In this document: positions 1-8,989 of the stretch, piece after piece
How positions within the stretch are numbered: the first letter of the stretch is position 1
Layout of the letters: the number at the start of each line of letters is the position of its first letter
Source: Candidatus Magasanikbacteria bacterium RIFCSPLOWO2_12_FULL_43_12
Lineage (GTDB): Bacteria > Patescibacteriota > Patescibacteriia > Magasanikbacterales > UBA922
Assembly: GCA_001783065.1 (NCBI GenBank)
Contig: MFQN01000003.1
Span: forward strand, 15,314-79,313
Length of the DNA: 64,000 nucleotides
Direction of reading: 5' to 3'
Program-made: the position numbers and the translations under genes
The notes under the pieces: model-generated
What the model was told of the DNA's origin: nothing
Database searches by the model: none
Seen by the model: only the letters and a program-made list of their open reading frames with translations

Positions 1-327
1 CAAAACATAAATCAAATCCACTTTCGTCTTTCCAAGAGAAAATTTATTCATGTTCGCTCGAAAGAGTCTTGTTTTAATTTCTTTTTCTTTGGCGCGCGCT
101 TCTACAAAGTTCAACATCTCTCTGTTCAAATCCAATCCATAATATTTATAGCCGCGTTTATGCCATTCTTCCAAGTAAGGACTGTTTCCGGAAGCTAATT
201 CAAAAATTTTTCTAACTTTGACTTTAGAAAATTTCTTTATTGCTTTTTCAAAAAAATCAACCTCGTTTGATATATTCCTAAAACTGAAAGCGATTTCGTA
301 ATACTTGGGATTTTTATAAAGATACAT
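1..327 (-). CDS. Class I SAM-dependent methyltransferase (partial, runs off left edge)
   Basis: Hand-translated from ATG at 327: MYLYKNPKYYEIAF...IFELASGNS...YGLDLNREML; resembles motif I and the post-I acidic motif. Confidence 0.7.
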   Translation of the reverse strand, partial: MYLYKNPKYYEIAFSFRNISNEVDFFEKAIKKFSKVKVRKIFELASGNSPYLEEWHKRGYKYYGLDLNREMLNFVEARAKEKEIKTRLFRANMNKFSLGKTKVDLIYVL

Positions 328-330
328 AAG

Positions 331-409
331 TGGGCGATAATGGAGTCGAACCATCGACCCGCCTGCATTGACTTGCTGTCAAAGCATGTCGGGCAGGCCT
401 CGTCATTAC
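331..409 (-). pseudogene. 3' half of a tRNA-Ile-like gene with a hairpin inserted in the variable region
   Basis: Minus strand TAATGACGAG[gcctgcc...gcaggcg]GGTCGATGGTTCGACTCCATTATCGCCCA; T-arm and acceptor 3' strand present, 5' side of anticodon arm missing. Confidence 0.65.
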
Positions 410-459
410 CGCGCCCGACTTCGCCTTGACCTCTATATAAGATGATTAAAACTAACGTT

Positions 460-536
460 TGGTGCGCATGCCTGGATTTGAACCAGGGACCTCGTCATTA
501 TCAGTGACGCGCTCTAACCAACTGAGCTACACGCGC
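460..536 (-). tRNA. tRNA-Ile(GAT)
   Basis: GCGCGTGTAGCTCAGTTGGTTAGAGCGCGTCACT-GAT-AATGACGAGGTCCCTGGTTCAAATCCAGGCATGCGCACCA; full cloverleaf with encoded CCA. Confidence 0.92.
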
Positions 537-559
537 TTATTTTTCTAAAATAAAAACTT

Positions 560-624
560 GCGCTCCCTGCCCCGCACCGACCCGAAGGGTCTGGTGCTGG
601 GGTAACCAATTGAGCTAATCGCCC
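560..624 (-). pseudogene. 5' half of a tRNA with a ~37-nt hairpin inserted in the D-loop
   Basis: GGGCGATTAGCTCAATTGGTTA[ccccagcaccagacccttcgggtcggtgcggggcagg]GAGCGC; GGGCGAT pairs with ATCGCCC of the 331-409 half. Confidence 0.65.
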
Positions 625-629
625 CCTTG

Positions 630-704
630 TGGGTCTGAGCCGACTTGAACGGCTGGCCTCTTCGATGTCAACGAAGCGCTCTAACCAAACTGAGCTACAG
701 ACCC
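630..704 (-). tRNA. tRNA-Val(GAC)
   Basis: GGGTCTGTAGCTCAGTTTGGTTAGAGCGCTTCGTT-GAC-ATCGAAGAGGCCAGCCGTTCAAGTCGGCTCAGACCCA. Confidence 0.9.
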
Positions 705-707
705 ATC

Positions 708-772
708 GCGCTCCCTGCCCCGCACCGACCCGAAGGGTCTGGTGCTGGGGTAACCAACTAAGCTACGAGCCC
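708..772 (-). pseudogene. Second tRNA 5' half carrying the identical D-loop hairpin insertion
   Basis: GGGCTCGTAGCTTAGTTGGTTA[same insert]GAGCGC; 50-nt direct repeat with 560-609. Confidence 0.6.
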
Positions 773-1042
773 CTATCGTTTTTTGTAAATATCATGCGAA
801 CCCGCGTCAAGAAGATCAACCGAATCAGAAGCAATAAAATCAAAAAGAACCCGGTACCCGTTCTGTAGCCGAAACACGAAACACTCTTGGAGACGTCCTT
901 TGAGTTTGTGTGTTTTAAGCGAAGGATGATTTGGGTTACGCATGAACACTTTCATTTGCTTATCAAAATCATCTTGAATGCGCGGAGGAAGCTTCTTATA
1001 CGCGCGCTTGAAACGCGGCGAGAAGTTTATATTCATAATCAA
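773..1042 (-). CDS. RelE/YafQ-family mRNA interferase toxin
   Basis: 89 aa; FKRAYKKL, HPSLKTHKLKG, YRVLF, GSHDIY motifs. Confidence 0.85.
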   Translation of the reverse strand: MIMNINFSPRFKRAYKKLPPRIQDDFDKQMKVFMRNPNHPSLKTHKLKGRLQECFVFRLQNGYRVLFDFIASDSVDLLDAGSHDIYKKR

Positions 1043-1300
1043 TCACGCGCGCAAAGCGGCGATTAAGCTCTTTGGAGTTTTATGAGTGGAATAATCGCCA
1101 AGAGCGTAATCAAGCCGCGCTTCGTTAATAATCTCATCAATCGTTTTGGCGGCATTAACCCGTTTCAAATCATCGGTTGAAATCTCAACAACGATCTTTT
1201 TTCCACGGGAATACCGAGAGAGATAACGAAACGCAGACAATGGTATTTTTACTATTGCCTCTTTTGTTTTTTGACAAACAACCAAATTTCCATTAGCCAT
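1043..1300 (-). CDS. Probable antitoxin of the RelE/YafQ toxin
   Basis: 85 aa, abuts the toxin upstream; C-terminus EARLDYALGDYSTHKTPKSLIAAL is RelB-like. Confidence 0.65.
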   Translation of the reverse strand: MANGNLVVCQKTKEAIVKIPLSAFRYLSRYSRGKKIVVEISTDDLKRVNAAKTIDEIINEARLDYALGDYSTHKTPKSLIAALRA

Positions 1301-1388
1301 ATTTTTTGCTAATATACGAAAATTCTATCATAGAACAAAATAAAAAGCAAGTGGCGCTGAAGAATGGCGGCCTACACGAATTATCAGA

Positions 1389-4300
1389 TCAAACATCCTC
1401 CTCCCCAAGCTCCTCTCCATCCTTATACGCCTCCGACTTGGAAATCGTCACAATCCTATCCCAGCGGAAATTCAGAGCGTTGAACACCGCTTCGTTCTTG
1501 ATGTGTCTTTTCACTTGTTTGCTGGAATCAGCCGGATCCGGTTCCAGACGATAAATTTTTGTTGAAGCGGCGTACTTAATCAAAGTATAATTTGGATGAT
1601 GATCGGTATAATTTATTTCTGAACCGGTGATGTATTTATCCAACAGTTTCTTATCAATGTCTTCAACCCAATTCCACGAATACTTAAGTCCGGTAAAAAT
1701 CTCTTCCGCGGTTATCCAATATTTCTCCCCGCCGAGAAGCAGATAAACTTTCGGATCGCTCACGATTTTTACCAGCGCGCCGTATTTCGGATCATATTTC
1801 GGCCCCCATGGCATAAATCCCAAAGTATCCAAAGGAATTTTATCTAATTTTGTTTTCGTTGTCGCGACCACGTCAGACCACGAACTGAAATAAGTAAAAA
1901 AAACATTTGATTTGTTGAACGGCCGCTTGGCGCATTCGTCAGTGATGTAATAGACCGCCGGCGAGCCGCTCAATTTATAAGCGCCATTGATAGTCAACGA
2001 ACATGATACTGGTGTTGGAACCGGTGTTGAGGTGTTTACGGTAAAAGTGAAAGATGACACCGGGCTGGAATTACCTGCCGCGTCTTTAGCAAAAACTTTC
2101 ACCGTATGCGAACCGTCAAACAAACTGGCGACAGTATATGTCTGCGCGCCGCCGATATCTACCAAAGATCCGTTATCCACTTGAACCACATAAGAAGTAA
2201 CACCATTGTTGTCATTGGAAGAATTCCAAGTAAATGTCGGCGTTTTGTCAGAATCATCACTAACTTTTTTCATTCCGCTCGGAGTGGTTGGGGCCGCTGT
2301 ATCAACCACATTCACCGGCGCGGCGCTCACTGAAACTGTAGCCAAAGATCCCAACCCGACATTACCCGCGTCATCCGAACAACGCGCCTGTAAACTGTGG
2401 CTGGCGGTATTAACAAATGTATATTCGCGGCTGGCAGTGCCGGTCTTTGTTCCTGATAAAGTCATCGCGCCTTGATTTGAACTGTCAACATACAGATCGC
2501 AAGAAACCACGCCGACAGCGTCAGAATAAGACGCGGTGAAGGATTGAGAAACAGTAGCCTGCGCGGTAACCGGAGTGATTGCGCCAACTGATGGCGGAGT
2601 AGTGTCAGCCGGCGTCGCGCTAGTGATTATCCATGTGTAAGAATCAGCGGTAGCGTCAACATTGCCCGCGGCATCTACCGCGCGCACTTGAAAAGTATGA
2701 TTGCCGACTGACAAATTGCTGTAGCTCTTCGGACTGTCGCATGAAGAAAATACGCCTGTATCCAATTTACATTCAAAAGTTACCGGTGTGATTGATGATC
2801 CTGTATAGCCAAAAGTAAAATCTCCCATACCGACACTGTTTGAGGATGGTTTGACCATGATTGATGTATCTTGCGCTGTCGTGTCCAAAATAATCGTATC
2901 AATATATTGCGCGCTAGTATTCGCGGCGCTGTCTTTGAATTTTACCGCCACTGTCTTCGCGCCATCGCCGCCGGACAAAGTAACTGTCTTGCTCGCCGCG
3001 TAGCCTTCCAATGATTCTGTGTCAACTGTCCCATCAACCGCGACTGTCATGCGTGTACAACCGACATTATCACTGCAAGTTAAAATTAATGTCGCCGAAT
3101 TGCTGTTGGTATAAGACGCGCCGCTGTTAATCGTGATTGAACCGGTTGGCGGGGTAGTATCCGGCCCAGTAGCGACAGTTACAGTTACGGTAGTGGCCGC
3201 GCCCCAAGTAGTGTTCGTGCCATCACTGCATTTTGCTTTCACCGCGTAAGAACCGGCGGAAGAAAAAGTATATGATTTTGTCGCGGTGCCGGAAGTCGTT
3301 CCTGCCAAAGACATATTGCCTTGAGAAATATCATTCACATATAATTCACAGCTCGTAACGCCAACATTATCAGAATATGAATTTGTAAAAGATTGCGCGC
3401 TGTTAGCGGTGGCGGTAGCCGGTGAAATCGCGCTAACTACAGGCGGAGTTGTGTCAGAAACGGCCGCGGCGCTCACAACAACAGTAATGGCCGCGCCCCA
3501 CGTAGTATTGGTGCCATCAGTACAGTTGGCTTTAACCGCGTAAGAACCGACTGAAGAAAAAGTATATGATTTGGTGGCAGTACCTGAAGCGACGCCGGCC
3601 AAAGACATGGCGCCTTGGGGGATGTCATCTACAAACAACCCGCAACTGGTAACACCGACGCTATCTGAATAAGACGCGGTAAACGATTGCGCGCTATTTA
3701 CGACTGCTGTAGCCGGTGAAATCGCGCTGACTGTTGGGGGGGTGGCGTCAATGGTATAGGTTAATGTGCTAAAAGGTCCGACATTACCCGCGGCATCAAC
3801 AGCCCGCACTTTGAAAGTGTGCGAACCATCAGCGCTATTATCAGGTAAAAATGTGACAGTGTAAGAAAAACCGGCATTAGTAATAGGCCAACTGTCTAAT
3901 TGAAACTCATACTTAGCTATGCCAGTACCAATCGTTCCGCTAACATCATCGCTGGATATACCCCAAGTAAGGGTTGGGTAATTATCATTATCAGGGGAAG
4001 TCTTGATTAAATTGATAGGCGCTGTTGGCGCGGTTTCGTCATAACGGACGATTGTGCCTGAACCGCCAACTGCCCATGCGGTTAGAACCGGACTATATTT
4101 AACTGCCACGCCATAAAGTGTTTGAGAGGTGTTGGAAGTTTCTGCCACCCAAGTCCAACCGCCTCCACTTTGCGTCCCGCGATAAATAAGTCCGGAAGAA
4201 CCAATGGTATAAATGCCGCCACTAGTATAAATGCCGCCGCTAAAAATACCTACTCCTAAAAAACTCTGTGTCATAGCGCCATCTTGAATCGCCGACCAAT

Positions 4301-5021
4301 TGGTGCCGTAGTTATCCGAAAGCAATATTACGCTGTTACCGGATACTCTTAAATTGCTTGTGGAAGATATCCGGCTAATATCAAAAAGCGTCGCGGTCGT
4401 ACCGGAATTTTTCGTTGTCCAGTCCGGTGTATCGCTGGCATTGGCATAACTGGTGTAAACAATTGTGCCATTTGTGCCAACAGCCCAGATACATCTTGTT
4501 GATAATCCACAAGCGCTAAATTCAACCCCGTATAGAACAGCGGCCAAATCCGACTGCAACACTGTCCATGTAACGCCATTGGTCGTTCTTAAAACCACAC
4601 CAGCAGTGCCAACCGCCACTACTTCTAGGCCATTATAAACATTAACATCCTGCAAGGAAAAAGAAGTGCCGGAAACTTGCTCTGTCCAATCTTCTCCACC
4701 ATTTGACGTTTTAAAAATTTTGCCGCTCATGCCAACCACCCAGCCGATTGAACTGTTGTACATATCAATACCGTAAAAATTGTTGCCCGCGCTGGTGTAA
4801 ACAGTACTCCAATTTTTTCCGCCATTAATGGTTTTTAAAATCGTTCCGCCATCACCAACCGCGAAGCCAATATTTTGATCAATCATATTAATATCACGCA
4901 GAATCACTGTAACACCAGAACTCTGCGCCACCCACCCGGCCGCGTAGCTTGACTGCGCCAAAAAAAATCCAATCGCGATGATTAATAAAAAAAATACTTT
5001 TGCTATGTTTTTTCCTAACAT
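1389..5021 (-). CDS. Large secreted surface protein (Ycf48/BNR-like propeller plus Ig/FN3-like repeats)
   Basis: Signal peptide; repeated AVGxxGxIxKTxxGGxxW units; DTTPP...AVDAAGN Ig-like repeats; 1210 aa. Confidence 0.8.
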   Translation of the reverse strand: MLGKNIAKVFFLLIIAIGFFLAQSSYAAGWVAQSSGVTVILRDINMIDQNIGFAVGDGGTILKTINGGKNWSTVYTSAGNNFYGIDMYNSSIGWVVGMSGKIFKTSNGGEDWTEQVSGTSFSLQDVNVYNGLEVVAVGTAGVVLRTTNGVTWTVLQSDLAAVLYGVEFSACGLSTRCIWAVGTNGTIVYTSYANASDTPDWTTKNSGTTATLFDISRISSTSNLRVSGNSVILLSDNYGTNWSAIQDGAMTQSFLGVGIFSGGIYTSGGIYTIGSSGLIYRGTQSGGGWTWVAETSNTSQTLYGVAVKYSPVLTAWAVGGSGTIVRYDETAPTAPINLIKTSPDNDNYPTLTWGISSDDVSGTIGTGIAKYEFQLDSWPITNAGFSYTVTFLPDNSADGSHTFKVRAVDAAGNVGPFSTLTYTIDATPPTVSAISPATAVVNSAQSFTASYSDSVGVTSCGLFVDDIPQGAMSLAGVASGTATKSYTFSSVGSYAVKANCTDGTNTTWGAAITVVVSAAAVSDTTPPVVSAISPATATANSAQSFTNSYSDNVGVTSCELYVNDISQGNMSLAGTTSGTATKSYTFSSAGSYAVKAKCSDGTNTTWGAATTVTVTVATGPDTTPPTGSITINSGASYTNSNSATLILTCSDNVGCTRMTVAVDGTVDTESLEGYAASKTVTLSGGDGAKTVAVKFKDSAANTSAQYIDTIILDTTAQDTSIMVKPSSNSVGMGDFTFGYTGSSITPVTFECKLDTGVFSSCDSPKSYSNLSVGNHTFQVRAVDAAGNVDATADSYTWIITSATPADTTPPSVGAITPVTAQATVSQSFTASYSDAVGVVSCDLYVDSSNQGAMTLSGTKTGTASREYTFVNTASHSLQARCSDDAGNVGLGSLATVSVSAAPVNVVDTAAPTTPSGMKKVSDDSDKTPTFTWNSSNDNNGVTSYVVQVDNGSLVDIGGAQTYTVASLFDGSHTVKVFAKDAAGNSSPVSSFTFTVNTSTPVPTPVSCSLTINGAYKLSGSPAVYYITDECAKRPFNKSNVFFTYFSSWSDVVATTKTKLDKIPLDTLGFMPWGPKYDPKYGALVKIVSDPKVYLLLGGEKYWITAEEIFTGLKYSWNWVEDIDKKLLDKYITGSEINYTDHHPNYTLIKYAASTKIYRLEPDPADSSKQVKRHIKNEAVFNALNFRWDRIVTISKSEAYKDGEELGEEDV

Positions 5022-5131
5022 AAAATTTTAATTAAACATTAATTTTTTATCTGTCTATATTATACTTCAATCTAAAAAATAGCGCAACAAAAAAACAGCC
5101 ATACGCTGTCATAAATAATAAAGAATGGGGA

Positions 5132-5165
5132 TCGCGGCGCTCCGATGTACATCGGAGCGCCGCGA
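5132..5165. repeat. Perfect 34-bp palindrome
   Basis: tcgcggcgctccgatgtacatcggagcgccgcga is its own reverse complement. Confidence 0.9.
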
Positions 5166-5191
5166 GTGAAGAAAGAGGAGAATGATGAGGA

Positions 5192-5404
5192 TTACTGGGG
5201 GTTGCGGAGGCGTGTCGCGACCTCGGAGAACAGCACGCGTTGCGCGCTGTCCGCCGCAGGTTGAACTCCTGGGAGCGGAATGTAGAAAGTGTCAGTGCTG
5301 GAGCTAACCTCCACCACCACCCTCCCGCCTGAAATGGTCATTCCGTGGGCAATCCGCCCGTCAAGAAGCCGCTGGGGAACCGAGAACCTGTGAGTTGTTC
5401 CCAT
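5192..5404 (-). CDS. Small hypothetical protein (70 aa, MGTTHRF...)
   Basis: ATG overlaps the stop of the upstream ORF (TAATG); GC-rich. Confidence 0.4.
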   Translation of the reverse strand: MGTTHRFSVPQRLLDGRIAHGMTISGGRVVVEVSSSTDTFYIPLPGVQPAADSAQRVLFSEVATRLRNPQ

Positions 5405-5646
5405 TAGATTATCGCCCCCACGATGGCGTCGAACCTGACCATGACCGCCGGCTTGCGATCGTTGGGACGCGCGTAGCACGCCACTCTTGGCAGTTTGCTA
5501 CCTCGCTTTGGGTCCTTTATGACCACCGCACCGCTCTCAGTGCGATCGACATAGAGCACCCCCTTGCCACTAACCGTAACCCTCTTCCTTGTGCACGGAT
5601 TCAAGATTCTCTCCTTTTCTCTAGTACTGTAACCAGCTTCCGCCAA
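5404..5646 (-). CDS. Small hypothetical protein (start uncertain)
   Basis: ORF downstream of a consensus promoter; AAGGAG precedes an internal TTG; translationally coupled to the next ORF. Confidence 0.3.
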   Translation of the reverse strand: MAEAGYSTREKERILNPCTRKRVTVSGKGVLYVDRTESGAVVIKDPKRGSKLPRVACYARPNDRKPAVMVRFDAIVGAII

Positions 5647-5699
5647 CTTGGCGAAGATCCGGCGCCTGCCGGACTTTTTTCACTGGTATGATGGAAGTG

Positions 5700-5728
5700 A
5701 TTGTATACTAAAAACGGTTGACTGTCAA
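5700..5728 (-). promoter_or_regulatory. sigma70 promoter
   Basis: TTGACA-17 nt-TACAAT on the minus strand. Confidence 0.65.
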
Positions 5729-5743
5729 GGGAGCGACGGTGTA

Positions 5744-5876
5744 AATTTTTAATTTTTAATTTGTAAACAATTTTTAATGAATTAATTTTCAATTACCAAA
5801 TGGCGGCATTATCACTAATTGAAAATTGGAAAATTGGTCATTGTTTAAAAATTACAAATTACAAATTAAAAATTAT
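5744..5876. repeat. Degenerate AT-rich 7/8-mer array arranged as an inverted pair
   Basis: aattttt/aattttc units followed by gaaaatt/aaattac units; related arrays at 11599-11707 and 16061-16153. Confidence 0.6.
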
Positions 5877-8149
5877 TCTAAATGCACTCTCTCTCCCCAC
5901 TCCTCTACTTTCTCTTTCAGCGCCGGATATTTTCCAAAATCCATCCCCCGCGCTAAATCGCGCGCCAGTTTTATAAGCTGTCCGTCTTTCATGGTAGCCA
6001 ACCGAAAATTTTCCATTCCGCTTTGCGCCGTGCCATAGACTTCGCCGGGGCCGCGGTTTTCCAAATCATATTCCGCGACTTTGAAACCGCTGGTGTTTTG
6101 TTCAAAAAATTTCAAACGCTCCGCGACTTTCGGAGAATCGCTATCCGTGAATAAAAAACAATATGATTGATGCGTGCTCCGGCAAACCCGGCCGCGGAAT
6201 TGATGCAATTGCGCCAAACCAAATCTTTCCGCGCCCTCAATCATCATCACGCTGGCATTAGGCACATTCACGCCAACCTCAATTACTGAAGTTGAAACCA
6301 AGATATTGATTGCTTGCCCAGTAGTGATGCTGAAAGCATCTACTACTGTGGATCCATTGCTAAACTGCTCCATTGTTTCTTGTTTTTCAGTTGATTTTAA
6401 TTTCCCATGCAAAAAACCAATTTTCAAATCCGGAAAAATCGTCTTAGATAACTTTTCGTATTCTACCATCACCGTTTTTCTCTCGTCATTTTGAAATTTG
6501 AAATTTGAAATTTGAAATTTATTTGTATCTTGTATCTTAGTATTTTGGTCAGTCTGAATCAACGGACAAACTACAAACACTTGTCGTCCTTGCTTCACTT
6601 GTTCTCTAATAAACTGATACGCTTTATCCCGATTGCGCGGTTCAACCAATCGCGTTTTAACCGGCTTACGCCCTGGCGGCATCTCGTCAATGATTGACAA
6701 ATCCAAATCGCCAAACACCGTCAACGCGAACGACCGCGGAATCGGTGTCGCCGTCATGCTTAAAAAGTGCGGCGTGGTTATCCCCCTCTCCTTGCCAAGG
6801 AGAGGGGCGGGGGGTGAGGTGGTCTCGCCGAGAGAGAGGTCTCGCTCGCCAACCCGCGTTTTCCCTCTCAACACCTTTCTCTGCTCCACTCCAAACCTAT
6901 GCTGTTCATCCACGATAACCAAACCAAGATTTTTAAATTGCACATCTTCAGACAGCAACGCCTGCGTCCCGACAATAACGCCAACTTCCCCATCTTTTAT
7001 TTTATTCCGCAATTTACTTTTACTATTTATCTCCCTATCTCCATTTATCTCCCTTATCATTCGCTGGCTTCCGGTAAACAATCCCAAACTAACTTTATCT
7101 CCCAGCGCCTCCAACAAAGTCTCAAAGTGCTGTTTAGCCAATATCTCGGTCGGACACATCAGCGCGGTCTGAAACCCATTCAACGCCGCGTTATACATCG
7201 CCATGGCCGCGACAACTGTTTTGCCGGAACCAACGTCGCCTTCAAGCAAACGATTCATTGGCTCGTCTTTTTCCAAATCGCGCAAAATTTCCCAGGCCGC
7301 GATTTTTTGTTTTTTAGTTAATTTAAACGGTAAAGAATCAACAAATTTTTTCGTTTCTTTTTCTTTGAATTCAATTTTCGGCGCGACTGCTTTTTTGATT
7401 TCCTGCCTTATCATCTCGCCGCGCAACTGCAAAATAAAAAGCTCATCAAATTTCAACCGGCGTTCCGCGTGTTTCAATTCGTCCTGCGATTCCGGAAAAT
7501 GAATCGCTTTAATCGCTTCAACCAAACTCATAACATCCGCGCGGTCGCGCAAATTTTCCGGCAACCACTCTTTAATCTGGTTCGCGAGATTAATCACCTG
7601 ACTCAACAAAAACCGCAACTGCTTATTCGTAATCCCGCTCGTTAACGAATACATCGGCACAATTCTGGCAGTGTGAGTAGTGCGCGTCCCCTCTCCTCGT
7701 AGAGCCTGCACTGAGCTCGCCGAAGTGAGAGGGGCAGGGTGAGGTCTCTCGCGTTCGTACGCCGGCCCCACCATCTGCGCCCCAAAAAAATCACCGGTAA
7801 CTTTGCCGGAAAGATAAACCCTATCCCCCGCCTTCAAAATCTTCGCGATAAACGGCTGGCCAAACCACACCACGCGCAACTGACCGGTGTCATCAGCCAC
7901 CACCGCCTCGGTGATAATCGTCCGCTTGCGCGGACTGCGCTTGCTCGCTATCAATTCAACCTTGCCGCGCACGCTCACCTGCATTCCCTCGCGCAAATCT
8001 TTAATCGGAACGACTTGACTATAATCTTCATATCGGAAAGGAAAATAAAACAACAAATCTTTGGCTGTTTCAATACCAAGCTGGCGCAGTTTTTTCTCCA
8101 ACGTCTTGCCAACACGGTTTAAATTTGACACCGGTGTAGATAAATCCAT
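5873..8149 (-). CDS. recG: ATP-dependent DNA helicase RecG with several in-frame repeat-derived insertions
   Basis: LLEGDVGSGKT, IVDEQHRFG, MTATPIPR, AERFGLAQLHQFRGRV motifs. Confidence 0.97.
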   Translation of the reverse strand: MDLSTPVSNLNRVGKTLEKKLRQLGIETAKDLLFYFPFRYEDYSQVVPIKDLREGMQVSVRGKVELIASKRSPRKRTIITEAVVADDTGQLRVVWFGQPFIAKILKAGDRVYLSGKVTGDFFGAQMVGPAYERERPHPAPLTSASSVQALRGEGTRTTHTARIVPMYSLTSGITNKQLRFLLSQVINLANQIKEWLPENLRDRADVMSLVEAIKAIHFPESQDELKHAERRLKFDELFILQLRGEMIRQEIKKAVAPKIEFKEKETKKFVDSLPFKLTKKQKIAAWEILRDLEKDEPMNRLLEGDVGSGKTVVAAMAMYNAALNGFQTALMCPTEILAKQHFETLLEALGDKVSLGLFTGSQRMIREINGDREINSKSKLRNKIKDGEVGVIVGTQALLSEDVQFKNLGLVIVDEQHRFGVEQRKVLRGKTRVGERDLSLGETTSPPAPLLGKERGITTPHFLSMTATPIPRSFALTVFGDLDLSIIDEMPPGRKPVKTRLVEPRNRDKAYQFIREQVKQGRQVFVVCPLIQTDQNTKIQDTNKFQISNFKFQNDERKTVMVEYEKLSKTIFPDLKIGFLHGKLKSTEKQETMEQFSNGSTVVDAFSITTGQAINILVSTSVIEVGVNVPNASVMMIEGAERFGLAQLHQFRGRVCRSTHQSYCFLFTDSDSPKVAERLKFFEQNTSGFKVAEYDLENRGPGEVYGTAQSGMENFRLATMKDGQLIKLARDLARGMDFGKYPALKEKVEEWGERVHLE

Positions 8150-8277
8150 AAGTTAGTATAATTCCCCTCTCCTTGTAGGAGAGGGGCGGGGTCCCAACTT
8201 CCATTATACCAAAAACCTGACTAACAAAAAAACCGCTCCGTAAAAATACGAAACGGTTTTTTAATCATTAAATCAAA

Positions 8278-8742
8278 TCACGCAGCCAATCTCACAGTAT
8301 CTTCCTCCTGCGCAGCTTTGGATAATTCATTTATTTTATCCTGAACATCGCCCATGTCTATTTTGGCGGTGTCGCCTTTTTCCATAGCCGATAACGCTTC
8401 CCGCATCCGGCCGTCAATCATCTGCGCCACATTTTTCCAACCCTCTCTCTGTTCTTCTGATAAACCGCGAGTGAGTGTCACGTGATCTTTTATTTGTTCG
8501 GCCGCGCCTCCCCAAAAACCTAATAAATAATGTCTTTCCAAAGCTGGGTCTTTAGGCATGTCTATCATCGGTACGCCGGCAAAAATCTCGCCATCAAATA
8601 AAACCTCGTGTGTTTGTCGCCACCCTGTCTTCTCGCCTTGAAGACGCATCTGACCTTCCTGTCTTTTTCTGCTTTCTTCCGGAGATAACACGCCTTCATC
8701 GCCTTCGTTGGAATATTTTATTGCTCTTAAGAGTTCTGCCAT
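8278..8742 (-). CDS. Hypothetical protein (start MAELLRAIKY)
   Basis: The ORF-track N-terminus overlaps a tRNA, so ATG at 8742 is the plausible start; hairpin terminator at ~8228-8262. Confidence 0.55.
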   Translation of the reverse strand: MAELLRAIKYSNEGDEGVLSPEESRKRQEGQMRLQGEKTGWRQTHEVLFDGEIFAGVPMIDMPKDPALERHYLLGFWGGAAEQIKDHVTLTRGLSEEQREGWKNVAQMIDGRMREALSAMEKGDTAKIDMGDVQDKINELSKAAQEEDTVRLAA

Positions 8743-8790
8743 ATTTTTGAAATTAAAATAGCTTGCAGGGCGTAATGAAATGAAGCCCTG

Positions 8791-8862
8791 TGCACCCGCG
8801 AAGAATCGAACTTCGATTACAAGATCCGCAATCTTGTGTCCTATCCGTTGAACGACGGGTGC
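8791..8862 (-). tRNA. tRNA-Arg(GCG)
   Basis: GCACCCGTCGTTCAACGGATAGGACACAAGATT-GCG-GATCTTGTAATCGAAGTTCGATTCTTCGCGGGTGCA. Confidence 0.88.
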
Positions 8863-8989
8863 GTTTGCTTGCCGTATTTTATCACAAAACCCCGTCTTGT
8901 CAACACAACCCCAACTCTTGCTTGGAACAATCATCCGTCGTCGCTCGTCGCGTGTTCCATGATCCATGTTACGTGGATCCTGAATCGTG

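Noticed and set aside
560-757. 50-nt direct repeat as a possible CRISPR array
   Set aside because: Only two copies, the intervening sequence is a tRNA, and no cas genes are in the window
1351-1387. tggcggcctacacg as a tRNA 3' remnant
   Set aside because: Too short, with no T-arm to support it
8743-8967. N-terminal extensions of ORF-track entries 8278..8967, 9587..10036, 10042..11601, 17026..18495 and 24968..26464
   Set aside because: They overlap tRNA genes or promoters; downstream ATGs were chosen instead
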